Assembly (NCBI GenBank): GCA_020434415.1
Contig: JAGRAW010000001.1
Span: forward strand, 1-42,845
Length of the DNA: 42,845 bases
From: Bdellovibrionales bacterium
Lineage (GTDB): Bacteria > Bdellovibrionota_C > UBA2361 > SZUA-149
Reading direction: 5' to 3'
A program made the position numbers and the translations under genes. Below are positions 8,345 through 16,364 of this stretch, one piece after another. The stretch's first letter is position 1. Each line of letters begins with the position of its first letter. Under the pieces are notes generated by a model that saw only the letters and a program-made list of their open reading frames with translations, did not search any database and was not told where the DNA came from.

Positions 8345-9724
8345 TTAATTCTCTGCGAGCTCGGATATGACGTATCTCAGCTTACCGGTGGCAGTAGTTT
8401 CCAGCTGGTCGACGTACTCGATCCGCACCTCGCACGAACTGCCCATCACCATTCGAGTTGCTCGGACCACTTCTTGAGCCACCGCGTCAGCGAGTTTTTC
8501 CGTTGCGATGAATCGGTAGACAACTACATCGACAGCCTTCTGGATCACTTGGTATTGCGTGACCGGCTCTGTTCCCGGTGTGCCATAGATGATCATATTG
8601 AAAAATCGGCCGTCGACGACCTCGCCGTTCGCCGTTTTGAATACGTCTACCGTTCGTCCGAGAACGTTCTGCAGCTTGCGGTAGACGACGCCGCAGGGGC
8701 AGTCCGTCCACTCCGCCATGGTCCCGCGATCGCCGATGCGATACCTGATGAGCGGCATCGCGAAGTTGTTTAGGTTGGTGATGCAGATCTCCCCTTCCTC
8801 GCCGGGGTCGCAGACGGTGCCGTCGTCGCGTATAATCTCGACAAGGTTGTGTTCCATGAGGATATGCAAACCGGATTGGACGCTGCATTCGGTTGCGATG
8901 GCGCTGACTTCTCTGCTCCCGTAATGGTTCACTACCGGGCAGTTGAAGACCGATTGTATCTTCTGCCGCATCGGTTCAAACAAGGTGCCCGCGGAAGTTT
9001 GAATATACTTCGGCGGTTGCACTTTGATGTTTTCTCGTTCGGCAAATCGAGCCAGCTCATAGATCGAGCTGACATAGGCGACTATCAACGAGGGATTGCG
9101 AGCATCGATGATGCGCAAGTAGCGCCGCATAGTCGCGGGGTCCATCTCGAAGCTATTGAGCGTAGTGCGGTTCTTTAGGAAATCTTTCAGCTTCGCGTCG
9201 AACGGCTTCGCCCCGGCGTACGTGTCCCGGACTGCGCCCCAAAGCTTCAAGATATGATCGAAAGGCTCAGTATCGAGCCATGTGCGAAGGAGCATTTGAT
9301 GGGCAAATTGTTCTTCGACATAGCCCTGATCTTGGAGAAACCTGAGAGGTTCCCCTGTCGAACCGCCCGAGCTATTGGAGAAAACCTTGCGGTTAGCGTT
9401 GTCTTCTGCGGTCAGTGCGGCAGCATTGCTTACGATGTCTTTCCGAGAAAGCGGAGGAATGAGTGCCAGCACTGAAGCATCGTCTACGGCAACGGCACCG
9501 TTTGAAGTAATTCCCAGACTTCGGAACATGTCTCTGTAGTAGGGGACGTGGCGGTTGGCGTGATTCAGAAGAAGTTCGAGCTTCTTACGCTGCCTCTCGA
9601 GCACCTCGGTTCGCGAGGATCGAGCGCTCGTCTTATATCGCTCGAGCAGCGCAAATCGCGGCGTGCTTGTGGAAGTAAGGCCCCGAGCAATGACTTTTCG
9701 AATCTGTGAATTGAAACTTCTCAT
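8345..9724 (-). CDS. CapK / phenylacetate-CoA-ligase-like adenylate-forming enzyme
   Basis: SSGGSTGEPLRF matches the PaaK/F390-synthetase/CapK AMP-binding P-loop (xSGTTGxP type). Size (459 aa) and architecture fit that family. It starts 4 nt after the stop of the upstream GT4 gene, so the two likely form an operon. Confidence 0.75.
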   Translation of the reverse strand: MRSFNSQIRKVIARGLTSTSTPRFALLERYKTSARSSRTEVLERQRKKLELLLNHANRHVPYYRDMFRSLGITSNGAVAVDDASVLALIPPLSRKDIVSNAAALTAEDNANRKVFSNSSGGSTGEPLRFLQDQGYVEEQFAHQMLLRTWLDTEPFDHILKLWGAVRDTYAGAKPFDAKLKDFLKNRTTLNSFEMDPATMRRYLRIIDARNPSLIVAYVSSIYELARFAERENIKVQPPKYIQTSAGTLFEPMRQKIQSVFNCPVVNHYGSREVSAIATECSVQSGLHILMEHNLVEIIRDDGTVCDPGEEGEICITNLNNFAMPLIRYRIGDRGTMAEWTDCPCGVVYRKLQNVLGRTVDVFKTANGEVVDGRFFNMIIYGTPGTEPVTQYQVIQKAVDVVVYRFIATEKLADAVAQEVVRATRMVMGSSCEVRIEYVDQLETTATGKLRYVISELAEN

Positions 9725-9728
9725 GAGA

Positions 9729-10826
9729 CTATGCTTTCTTGGTTAAGCGGAGGAGCAGGTCTTCCCATTGTTCCAGTACGTCCGGTTCAGAAAACCGTTG
9801 CACGTAATTTTTCGCATTTGAGCCCATCCGTCGACATTCCTCACGGTCGCTCATGAGCTGACTGAGAGCGGCGGCAAAGGCATGGGCGTTGTTTAATTCG
9901 ACAAGCATGCCGGTCTCTCCCGGTGTTACGATTTCGCCTATCGCACCAGGGGAATGGGTCGCAATCACCGGTAGGCCTGCCGCCATCGCCTCACAAACCG
10001 CGTTCGGGAATCCTTCCAGTTCGGAGGTGTGGGCAAAAATGGTCGCCTCTTGCAGCGCAGGCCACGGGTCCTTCAGCGCTCCAGCGAAAGAAACCGCGGG
10101 AGCTATGTCCAAGGAGACCGCCATCTTCTCGAGATCGTGTCTGAGCGAACCGTCTCCCAAAATTCTCAAGCACCACTCCGGATGGTCGGCCCGCGTCAAC
10201 GCGAACGCGCTCAAGAGGATGTCGATACGCTTCTGCCTCTCGAGCCGTCCCATTGCAATAATGGTAGGCGGCGCAGATCGAATGCTTGTGCCAAGGCGAT
10301 CCGGTGGCATGGGAACGGGGTTAGGGATTACGAGGCAGCTGCCACAGATCGTCTCGAAATACTTCTGGGCCGTGTAATTCTGAACGACGACCGCAGCTGC
10401 TTTCGGGTAGCATTTTTGTCGAAGCCATTCCCAAGCTGCTCCAATCGAGCGTACTCCCGGTGCAATTCGCTCGCTCACGACCACGGGCACGTTCAGTCGT
10501 CGACATGCCAACAAAGTGAGAATATTTGTCCGGTGAATGAAAGAAACCACGATGTCCGGTTTGCTCTCTCGAATTGCGCGGCTGAGAAGGGAAACCCGAG
10601 ATAGATTACGCAAGAGTGCTGCGAAAGGGTTAGACGATTTTTTGGAAAGATGTAGGCGTCGCCACTGCACCTTGGCCGATACGTGAAAGGCCGGTGTTTG
10701 CGAACCATCGTCAAACGTCAGCAAGGAGACCTCGTGGCCTCGCTCGACCCAACTGTTCAGTAGAATGGAGGCAACGCGCTGAGCCCCGCCGAGCCCCATG
10801 CCTTGAATGACGAATGTGATGCGCAT
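9729..10826 (-). CDS. Glycosyltransferase family 4
   Basis: MRITFVIQGMGLGGAQRVASILL is a typical GT4 N-terminus. The C-terminus has HTSELEGFPNAVCEAMAAGLPVIATHSPGAIGEIV. I chose ATG 10826. The 467-aa track ORF would run into the divergent sulfotransferase gene. Confidence 0.85.
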   Translation of the reverse strand: MRITFVIQGMGLGGAQRVASILLNSWVERGHEVSLLTFDDGSQTPAFHVSAKVQWRRLHLSKKSSNPFAALLRNLSRVSLLSRAIRESKPDIVVSFIHRTNILTLLACRRLNVPVVVSERIAPGVRSIGAAWEWLRQKCYPKAAAVVVQNYTAQKYFETICGSCLVIPNPVPMPPDRLGTSIRSAPPTIIAMGRLERQKRIDILLSAFALTRADHPEWCLRILGDGSLRHDLEKMAVSLDIAPAVSFAGALKDPWPALQEATIFAHTSELEGFPNAVCEAMAAGLPVIATHSPGAIGEIVTPGETGMLVELNNAHAFAAALSQLMSDREECRRMGSNAKNYVQRFSEPDVLEQWEDLLLRLTKKA

Positions 10827-10991
10827 GCAACCGATTTTGGAAAGTATGCTAATACAGCAAGCCGTTCGGGAGGATGAGCTATAAAACTTGATGCATCTTT
10901 GCGCAAATGACCCGGACGCTTTGTGTGAATTTCCAATTATTTCCAGTGGTTGGTGACGCTGCCGAGTCTGGTGGGTAGTGGGTATCGTTAG

Positions 10992-11918
10992 ATGAAGCGA
11001 AAAATAGTCTATGTGATGGGAGCGGGGAGAAGCGGCTCCACAGTGCTCGACATACTGCTCGGCAGTAACCCCGGGGTGATAAGCACGGGAGAGCTGGTCC
11101 ACTTGCATGGCCGCGGATGGACGGAGAACCACTATTGCGCCTGCGGCGAACGCGTCAGCGATTGCGCCTTTTGGAGCGCGGTAAAAGAGAATTGGTCACA
11201 AAAGGCAACCGCGGATATTCCGTCCTACTTGGAATTGCAGCGGCGTTTCGACAGGATTCGCAATGTGGTTTTCCCGGCGCGACTAAAGAGCGAATCGCGG
11301 TTCCGCGACTACCTTCGCGATACGGGGGCTATTGTCGATGCAATACTGGATGTGAGCGGACAGCCTGTTCTGGTCGATTCCTCGAAGAAGCCTCCCAGAG
11401 GTTTTTTCCTGTCCCTCCTCGCAGGCTTTGATGTGTACGTTATCCACCTTGTCAGGGACCCCAGGGGCTTCGTTTGGTCGAAGGCGAAGTTGCTCGCGAA
11501 AGATGAGCGAGCCGGAGTGCAAGCAGAGCAGCGACCACGTGCGCTACTTGAAACGGTAGTCGAATGGATTCTAGCCAATGTGGTGAGCGCACTCGTGTCT
11601 CGTCGGATGGGGGATAGAGCGATGCAAGTGCGGTATGAAGACTTTGTGGCAAATCCTAAGCAAGAGCTGGAGCGAATATCTCAGCTCTGCGGCGTTGATT
11701 TTACCGACTGTCTGAAGCGATTGGACGCAGGGGGAACCTTTGCTCCAGGTCATACCGTCGCCGGCAACCGTGTGCGGATGAACCGAAATCTGACATTGAA
11801 AGTCGACGAGGAGTGGAAAGACAGACTCCCGAGTCGGCGAAAGAGGTTGATTTCCCTCGTCACGTCTCCGTGGTTGGTAAAATACGGATATCCGCTGGGA
11901 AGCTCTGCTACCTCGTGA
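10992..11918 (+). CDS. PAPS-dependent sulfotransferase family protein
   Basis: Both PAPS-binding motifs are visible: the 5'-PSB-like GAGRSGSTVLDILL near the N-terminus and the 3'-PB-like HLVRDPRGFVWS. Size is about 300 aa. Confidence 0.8.
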   Translation: MKRKIVYVMGAGRSGSTVLDILLGSNPGVISTGELVHLHGRGWTENHYCACGERVSDCAFWSAVKENWSQKATADIPSYLELQRRFDRIRNVVFPARLKSESRFRDYLRDTGAIVDAILDVSGQPVLVDSSKKPPRGFFLSLLAGFDVYVIHLVRDPRGFVWSKAKLLAKDERAGVQAEQRPRALLETVVEWILANVVSALVSRRMGDRAMQVRYEDFVANPKQELERISQLCGVDFTDCLKRLDAGGTFAPGHTVAGNRVRMNRNLTLKVDEEWKDRLPSRRKRLISLVTSPWLVKYGYPLGSSATS

Positions 11919-12906
11919 TCGGGTGAATCGAAAAAACGGCAGCGAGCCCCGCGTCTTCCAACTCTACGGTCCAGAGGACTCTTCGCTGTTTCAAGTCGAT
12001 ACGTGCGATACGGGTTGGAAGAAGCTTGGGACGGGAAAGGCCGAGCTGATACTTCGCCCATCGAATGTTCTCCCTGAATTTTGTCGCTCGAAGGCGAGAG
12101 AATCCGACGATGACTTGATCTCGATCGAGCACAGCTAGCCCCCGACACCACCCGAGCGGCAGTTTCGTTGCGAATATCTCGTTCAAATTGAAGATTTCCG
12201 GTGAGCGATCTGGGCTCGCTTTCGCAACAACTACATGACCGTCGACCGTGGTGAAGTACACGCGATCCTCGTGGACGATTCCGTCATGCGGGCGCTCGAT
12301 TGCAATGTTGATTCGGGCATCGGGATTGGAGAGCGATACGGCGTCACGTTGCTCAAAGCGCGTAACCCACAGTTCATCGTTGAGTTCGAAGACGTAGTTC
12401 GGGTGACTCTGATGGGGCTTGGTGGTTGGGACTTTGCGATAATCCGTGTCCTTCGAGAACCGCTTCCACGGATCCTCGTGAAGCGCGGACCATTCGTTCA
12501 GCACTTCGCCTGAATCGGTAAATTCGATTACGCTATCGAGCCCTGTATTCGCCGCGACCAAGCTTCCGGATTTTCGTCGCACGACATGATGGACGTCGTT
12601 GAACTGCGGTAGAGATACATACCGTTGTACCGCGAACTGGAGGTCGAGCTGTAAGACTTCCGTTTGCGTGCAGACCAGCATTTCCGAAGGGGTGACGGTG
12701 CCGGCCTTGAAGAGACACGAGAATTCATGCTCCGGTCGCGCCTCTGGCGGGGATTCGTATTGAAAGCAGACTTCGGACTTCCCGCTTGCATCAATGCGAA
12801 CGATTAGCCCTTCACGGTAACGATACCACTCTTCTTTCGCATCTGCGTCAGCCTTCTGTCGGCCTCCCATTACGTAGATTTCTGAAATGTTGTCACTGAG
12901 CTTCAT
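11908..12906 (-). CDS. Hypothetical protein, beta-propeller-like repeat pattern
   Basis: Its ATG overlaps the Wzx stop (ATGA at 12903-12906). Six to seven strand-turn-strand units recur: GLIVRIDASGKSEV, HHVVRRKSGSLVAANTGLDSVIEFTDSGEV, NYVFELNDELWVTRF, DGIVHEDRVYFTTVDGHVVVA, GLAVLDRDQVIVGF, ARIDLKQRRVLWTVEL. I recognise no catalytic motif. Confidence 0.6.
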   Translation of the reverse strand: MKLSDNISEIYVMGGRQKADADAKEEWYRYREGLIVRIDASGKSEVCFQYESPPEARPEHEFSCLFKAGTVTPSEMLVCTQTEVLQLDLQFAVQRYVSLPQFNDVHHVVRRKSGSLVAANTGLDSVIEFTDSGEVLNEWSALHEDPWKRFSKDTDYRKVPTTKPHQSHPNYVFELNDELWVTRFEQRDAVSLSNPDARINIAIERPHDGIVHEDRVYFTTVDGHVVVAKASPDRSPEIFNLNEIFATKLPLGWCRGLAVLDRDQVIVGFSRLRATKFRENIRWAKYQLGLSRPKLLPTRIARIDLKQRRVLWTVELEDAGLAAVFSIHPITR

Positions 12907-14258
12907 AGTACTGTCGTTCGAAGTCCTATCTTTCTACGTGCGTACACCACGAACGCGACGTTCCAACCAACCAAAGAAAGTGCCGTTGCCCATGCGGCAC
13001 CATTCATCCCGTACCGAGGAATTAACAGCCAGTTCAGAAGAATATTCACTACCGCACTGATACTCATGATTTTAAGTGCGATGTTCTGATGGCCGGTCAT
13101 TGTCATTACATAGCCGCTGGAGCCCGCAAGAGCATTTATCATCTGGCCCAAGGCAAGTATGACCAGTGCCGGATAGGCGGCGACAAATTCTTCACCGAAG
13201 ATAAGTAGCAAATAGTTGCCGAAGAGAATCATGCCCGCCGTAACAGGGATCGTGTATGCCATTATCCCTAGTGCGGAGAGGCGAAGCATTCGTTGCAGTT
13301 CCTCCATATTTTCCTGGGCGTAGAGGGAGGAGATCATGGGAGCGGCAATCATATTGACCGCTGCAAGACCGAAGGCCATCAGCTTGGCAATGCGTACTGC
13401 GACGCTATAGTAGCCCGCAGAGGTCGTGTCCAAGAATGCGCCGAGCATCAAGGTGTCGATACGTTGGAGGATGACGTTCATCGCAGAAAAGAGCACCAGC
13501 GGCACGGCATAGCGGATCCACTCTCGGTTCTCGTATTCAGGTGCGCTCTGAAATACCTCGTCGGGCATCGCGAGCCGCATCCAATACGCTCCGATGAAGA
13601 ACGCTGCCAACAGAGCAACGGACTGTAAAACCATCGCTAAGAGAGCATTGACCTCGATTGAAAAGACGAAGTAGCAGCCCGCTGCCAAGCACGCCAAGAG
13701 AGTAGGACGAAGCACTTCATCCGGGAGACGGGCGAGTACCACCTTCCGCAGTGCTCGAAGCGCCGCAGAGCGAAGGGAGCAGAGTGAGCTTAGCGGAAGT
13801 ATGAGACATAAAACCCAGAACGTGCGTACAAGGTCGGAGCTCAGCCGATCGGAAAGTAGTTCGACTACGATTGCCGTTACGACTCCCGTTGCGATGCTGA
13901 GGACGACAACCATTTGATTGGTGCGAATCAACAAGCCGCGGAGCAACGACCACTGTTGCTTCGCCTTATAGGCGGCAACGTAGCGAAGGAGAGTTGTGTC
14001 GAACCCCAGCTTTGCCGCAAGGCTAAGAACGCTCAGCCATGTAAAGACGTATGCGTAAATACCGTATTGCTCGCCGCCCATCAGTCGGGCGAGCACGGCC
14101 TGGGCCACGAGGCCGATCAGCGCGCCAAGGATATTCACCGAGAAGCCGCCGGCTACACCGCGAGCTAAAACCGCTCCGACGCCTTCTCCTTGGAGCTTCT
14201 TGAGCAGTGCGCGAACAGGTTCGGGAAGTGAACGAGAATGTGGGGACGTGCGTAACAA
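12903..14258 (-). CDS. Polysaccharide flippase (Wzx / MOP-superfamily PST family)
   Basis: About 12-14 TM segments, with Wzx-like conserved positions (LARLMGGEQYGIYAYVF, RYVAAYK, NILLNWLLIPRYGMNGAAWATAL). The start is uncertain. I picked the in-frame TTG at 14258 because there is no ATG upstream of the first TM. The 585-aa track ORF would overlap the divergent asnB start. Confidence 0.8.
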   Translation of the reverse strand: MLRTSPHSRSLPEPVRALLKKLQGEGVGAVLARGVAGGFSVNILGALIGLVAQAVLARLMGGEQYGIYAYVFTWLSVLSLAAKLGFDTTLLRYVAAYKAKQQWSLLRGLLIRTNQMVVVLSIATGVVTAIVVELLSDRLSSDLVRTFWVLCLILPLSSLCSLRSAALRALRKVVLARLPDEVLRPTLLACLAAGCYFVFSIEVNALLAMVLQSVALLAAFFIGAYWMRLAMPDEVFQSAPEYENREWIRYAVPLVLFSAMNVILQRIDTLMLGAFLDTTSAGYYSVAVRIAKLMAFGLAAVNMIAAPMISSLYAQENMEELQRMLRLSALGIMAYTIPVTAGMILFGNYLLLIFGEEFVAAYPALVILALGQMINALAGSSGYVMTMTGHQNIALKIMSISAVVNILLNWLLIPRYGMNGAAWATALSLVGWNVAFVVYARRKIGLRTTVL

Positions 14259-14372
14259 CAGCGGACATTCCTGATAGCGAAGCGCTGCGGTGCGAGCCGG
14301 CAGGCCTCGAGGTTGCTCTTTTACTAAGTGTTTTGGTAATAATTCGCAAGCCTTGCAACGAGAGAACAAAAA

Positions 14373-16364
14373 ATGTGTGGTTTCGCTGGATTTGTTGACC
14401 CTAGTCTCGCGCCGGAAGAGCGCCAACGTGTCCTCATAGGGATGCGAGACACTTTGATTCATCGGGGACCGGACGATGGCGGTGTGTACCTCGATAGGGA
14501 CGTGCCGCTGTGTCTGGGATTTCGCCGACTTGCCATCCTTGACTTGAGCGAGGAGGGTCATCAACCAATGTGCTCGCGCAGCGGGCGTTACGTCATCGCA
14601 TTCAACGGCGAAATCTATAATTTTCAAGAACTCCGCCATGATTTGGAGCACCGCGGCCAATCGTTCCGCGGCGGATCGGATACGGAGGTATTGTTGGCAG
14701 CCTTCGAGGAATGGGGACTCGTCACCACTCTTCAGCGTGCTGCCGGGATGTTCGCCATCGCTCTCTGGGATCGCGAGCGACGGGAGTTAACGCTCGCAAG
14801 AGACCGCTTCGGTGAAAAGCCGTTGTACTACGGCACCTTGAACGGAGTTTTTTACTTCGGGTCCGAGTTGAAAAGCTTTCGCGCGCATCCGAAATGGAGT
14901 GCAGACGTGGATCGAACGGCGCTTTGCTCCTATCTCGAATTGAAATACGTGCCGGGGCCGTTGTCGATTTATAATGGAATCAGCAAGTTGCCGCCCGGCG
15001 GGTACCTCACCATCAGCGATTTTTCCAACCCCGGCACTCCGCAGCAGTATTGGTCGTTGTTCGGCTGCATTCGGACCGGCATCGAATCCCGGGACAAGCT
15101 ACGGGACGAAGAGGCTATTGAACAATTCGATGCGCTGCTCACGGGGGCAGTGCGTCGTCAGATGATCGCTGACGTGCCGCTCGGCGCTTTTCTGTCTGGG
15201 GGGATAGATTCCTCGACAATCGTGAGCATCATGCAAGCCGGTTCGAGTCGGCCCATACGGACGTTTACTATCGGCTTTCATGAGGACCGGTATAACGAGG
15301 CACCTCATGCGCGTGAAGTGGCGGACTTTCTTGGGACCGATCACACCGAACTTTTTGTCACTGCCGATGACGCAAGAGCGCTGATTCCGGAGATTCCAAG
15401 GATTTGGGACGAGCCTTTCGGTGATAGCTCGCAACTCCCAACGTTACTGGTAGCGAAACTAGCTCGACAGCATGTGACAGTGGCGCTTTCCGGCGATGGC
15501 GGAGACGAACTGCTGGCTGGGTATCGCCGCTATCGTAAAGCGCAGGCCCTCGAGGAACGGCGCCGAAGGCTACCGACGATGCTCCGAACGCTCTTGGGAA
15601 GTGGTAGTCGCAGCATTGCCGACTTCTTGGAGCCATTTTCGGCACGATCGGCCCTACGATTTTCGCTTGCCGGCGATTTTCTATCTGCGGCTACCTCGGC
15701 TGATCTCTATCGCAGTCTGAACAACGATTGGCGAGCCGGGCGGGCGCTCAAAGCAGTGCTTGGAGCAGCTTCGCGCGCGGAGCCTGTGCTCGATTTGCCC
15801 AAGAACGCCGAGTTCATCGACTGGATGCAGGCTTACGATACTCGGTATTACCTGCCTGACGATATTCTGGTGAAAGTCGATCGAGCAACGATGGCGGTCA
15901 GCTTAGAATCTCGCGCGCCGCTCCTAGACCATAAGCTGGTGGAGTTCGCGTGGCGACTGCCGTTGCGTTGTAAGCAAAATCCCGGTGGAGACAAGTGGAT
16001 ACTTCGCGAGACGTTGCGCCGGTATATCCCGCAGTTCAATTTCGTTCGTCGAAAACAAGGATTCGGCCTACCGGTGGCTGAATGGCTGAGAGGGCCGCTT
16101 CGGCCCTGGGCTGAGGAGCTTCTTTCCGGCGAGCGTATACGGGCCGAAGGATTTTTGAATGCGGAGCTGATTCAGAAAGCCTGGCGTACTCATCTAGCTG
16201 GGGAGGTGAGTATGTCGAGTCAATTGTGGACCGTGCTGATGTTCCAAGCCTGGCTAGGAGATCAGCGACGAGAAACGGAGGGCGAGAAAAGTGTCGGTGT
16301 GCCGCAATCGACGCCTAGCGCATCTCTGTCGGAACGACATACTCGAACGGTTTCACCCGGTTGA
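14373..16364 (+). CDS. asnB: Asparagine synthase (glutamine-hydrolysing) family amidotransferase
   Basis: MCGFAGF carries the N-terminal nucleophile Cys2 of class-II glutamine amidotransferases. FLSGGIDSS is the PP-loop of the synthetase domain. The 3' end overlaps the convergent gene by 50 bp. Confidence 0.9.
   Translation: MCGFAGFVDPSLAPEERQRVLIGMRDTLIHRGPDDGGVYLDRDVPLCLGFRRLAILDLSEEGHQPMCSRSGRYVIAFNGEIYNFQELRHDLEHRGQSFRGGSDTEVLLAAFEEWGLVTTLQRAAGMFAIALWDRERRELTLARDRFGEKPLYYGTLNGVFYFGSELKSFRAHPKWSADVDRTALCSYLELKYVPGPLSIYNGISKLPPGGYLTISDFSNPGTPQQYWSLFGCIRTGIESRDKLRDEEAIEQFDALLTGAVRRQMIADVPLGAFLSGGIDSSTIVSIMQAGSSRPIRTFTIGFHEDRYNEAPHAREVADFLGTDHTELFVTADDARALIPEIPRIWDEPFGDSSQLPTLLVAKLARQHVTVALSGDGGDELLAGYRRYRKAQALEERRRRLPTMLRTLLGSGSRSIADFLEPFSARSALRFSLAGDFLSAATSADLYRSLNNDWRAGRALKAVLGAASRAEPVLDLPKNAEFIDWMQAYDTRYYLPDDILVKVDRATMAVSLESRAPLLDHKLVEFAWRLPLRCKQNPGGDKWILRETLRRYIPQFNFVRRKQGFGLPVAEWLRGPLRPWAEELLSGERIRAEGFLNAELIQKAWRTHLAGEVSMSSQLWTVLMFQAWLGDQRRETEGEKSVGVPQSTPSASLSERHTRTVSPG

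Noticed and set aside
10827-11132. N-terminal 101-aa extension of the GT4 ORF 9729..11132
   Set aside because: The extension overlaps the divergent sulfotransferase gene. The canonical GT4 N-terminus (MRITFVIQGMGLGG) begins at the internal ATG at 10826.
14259-14660. N-terminal ~134-aa extension of the Wzx ORF (TTG at 14660)
   Set aside because: It overlaps the asnB start on the opposite strand and is hydrophilic, unlike Wzx N-termini. The true start is still uncertain because no in-frame ATG lies before the first TM segment.
14373-16364. AsnB homologue as a lasso-peptide cyclase or other RiPP enzyme
   Set aside because: It keeps the Cys2 glutaminase nucleophile and full length. I saw no neighbouring precursor-peptide ORF, transglutaminase-like protease or ABC exporter. 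The context is polysaccharide synthesis.
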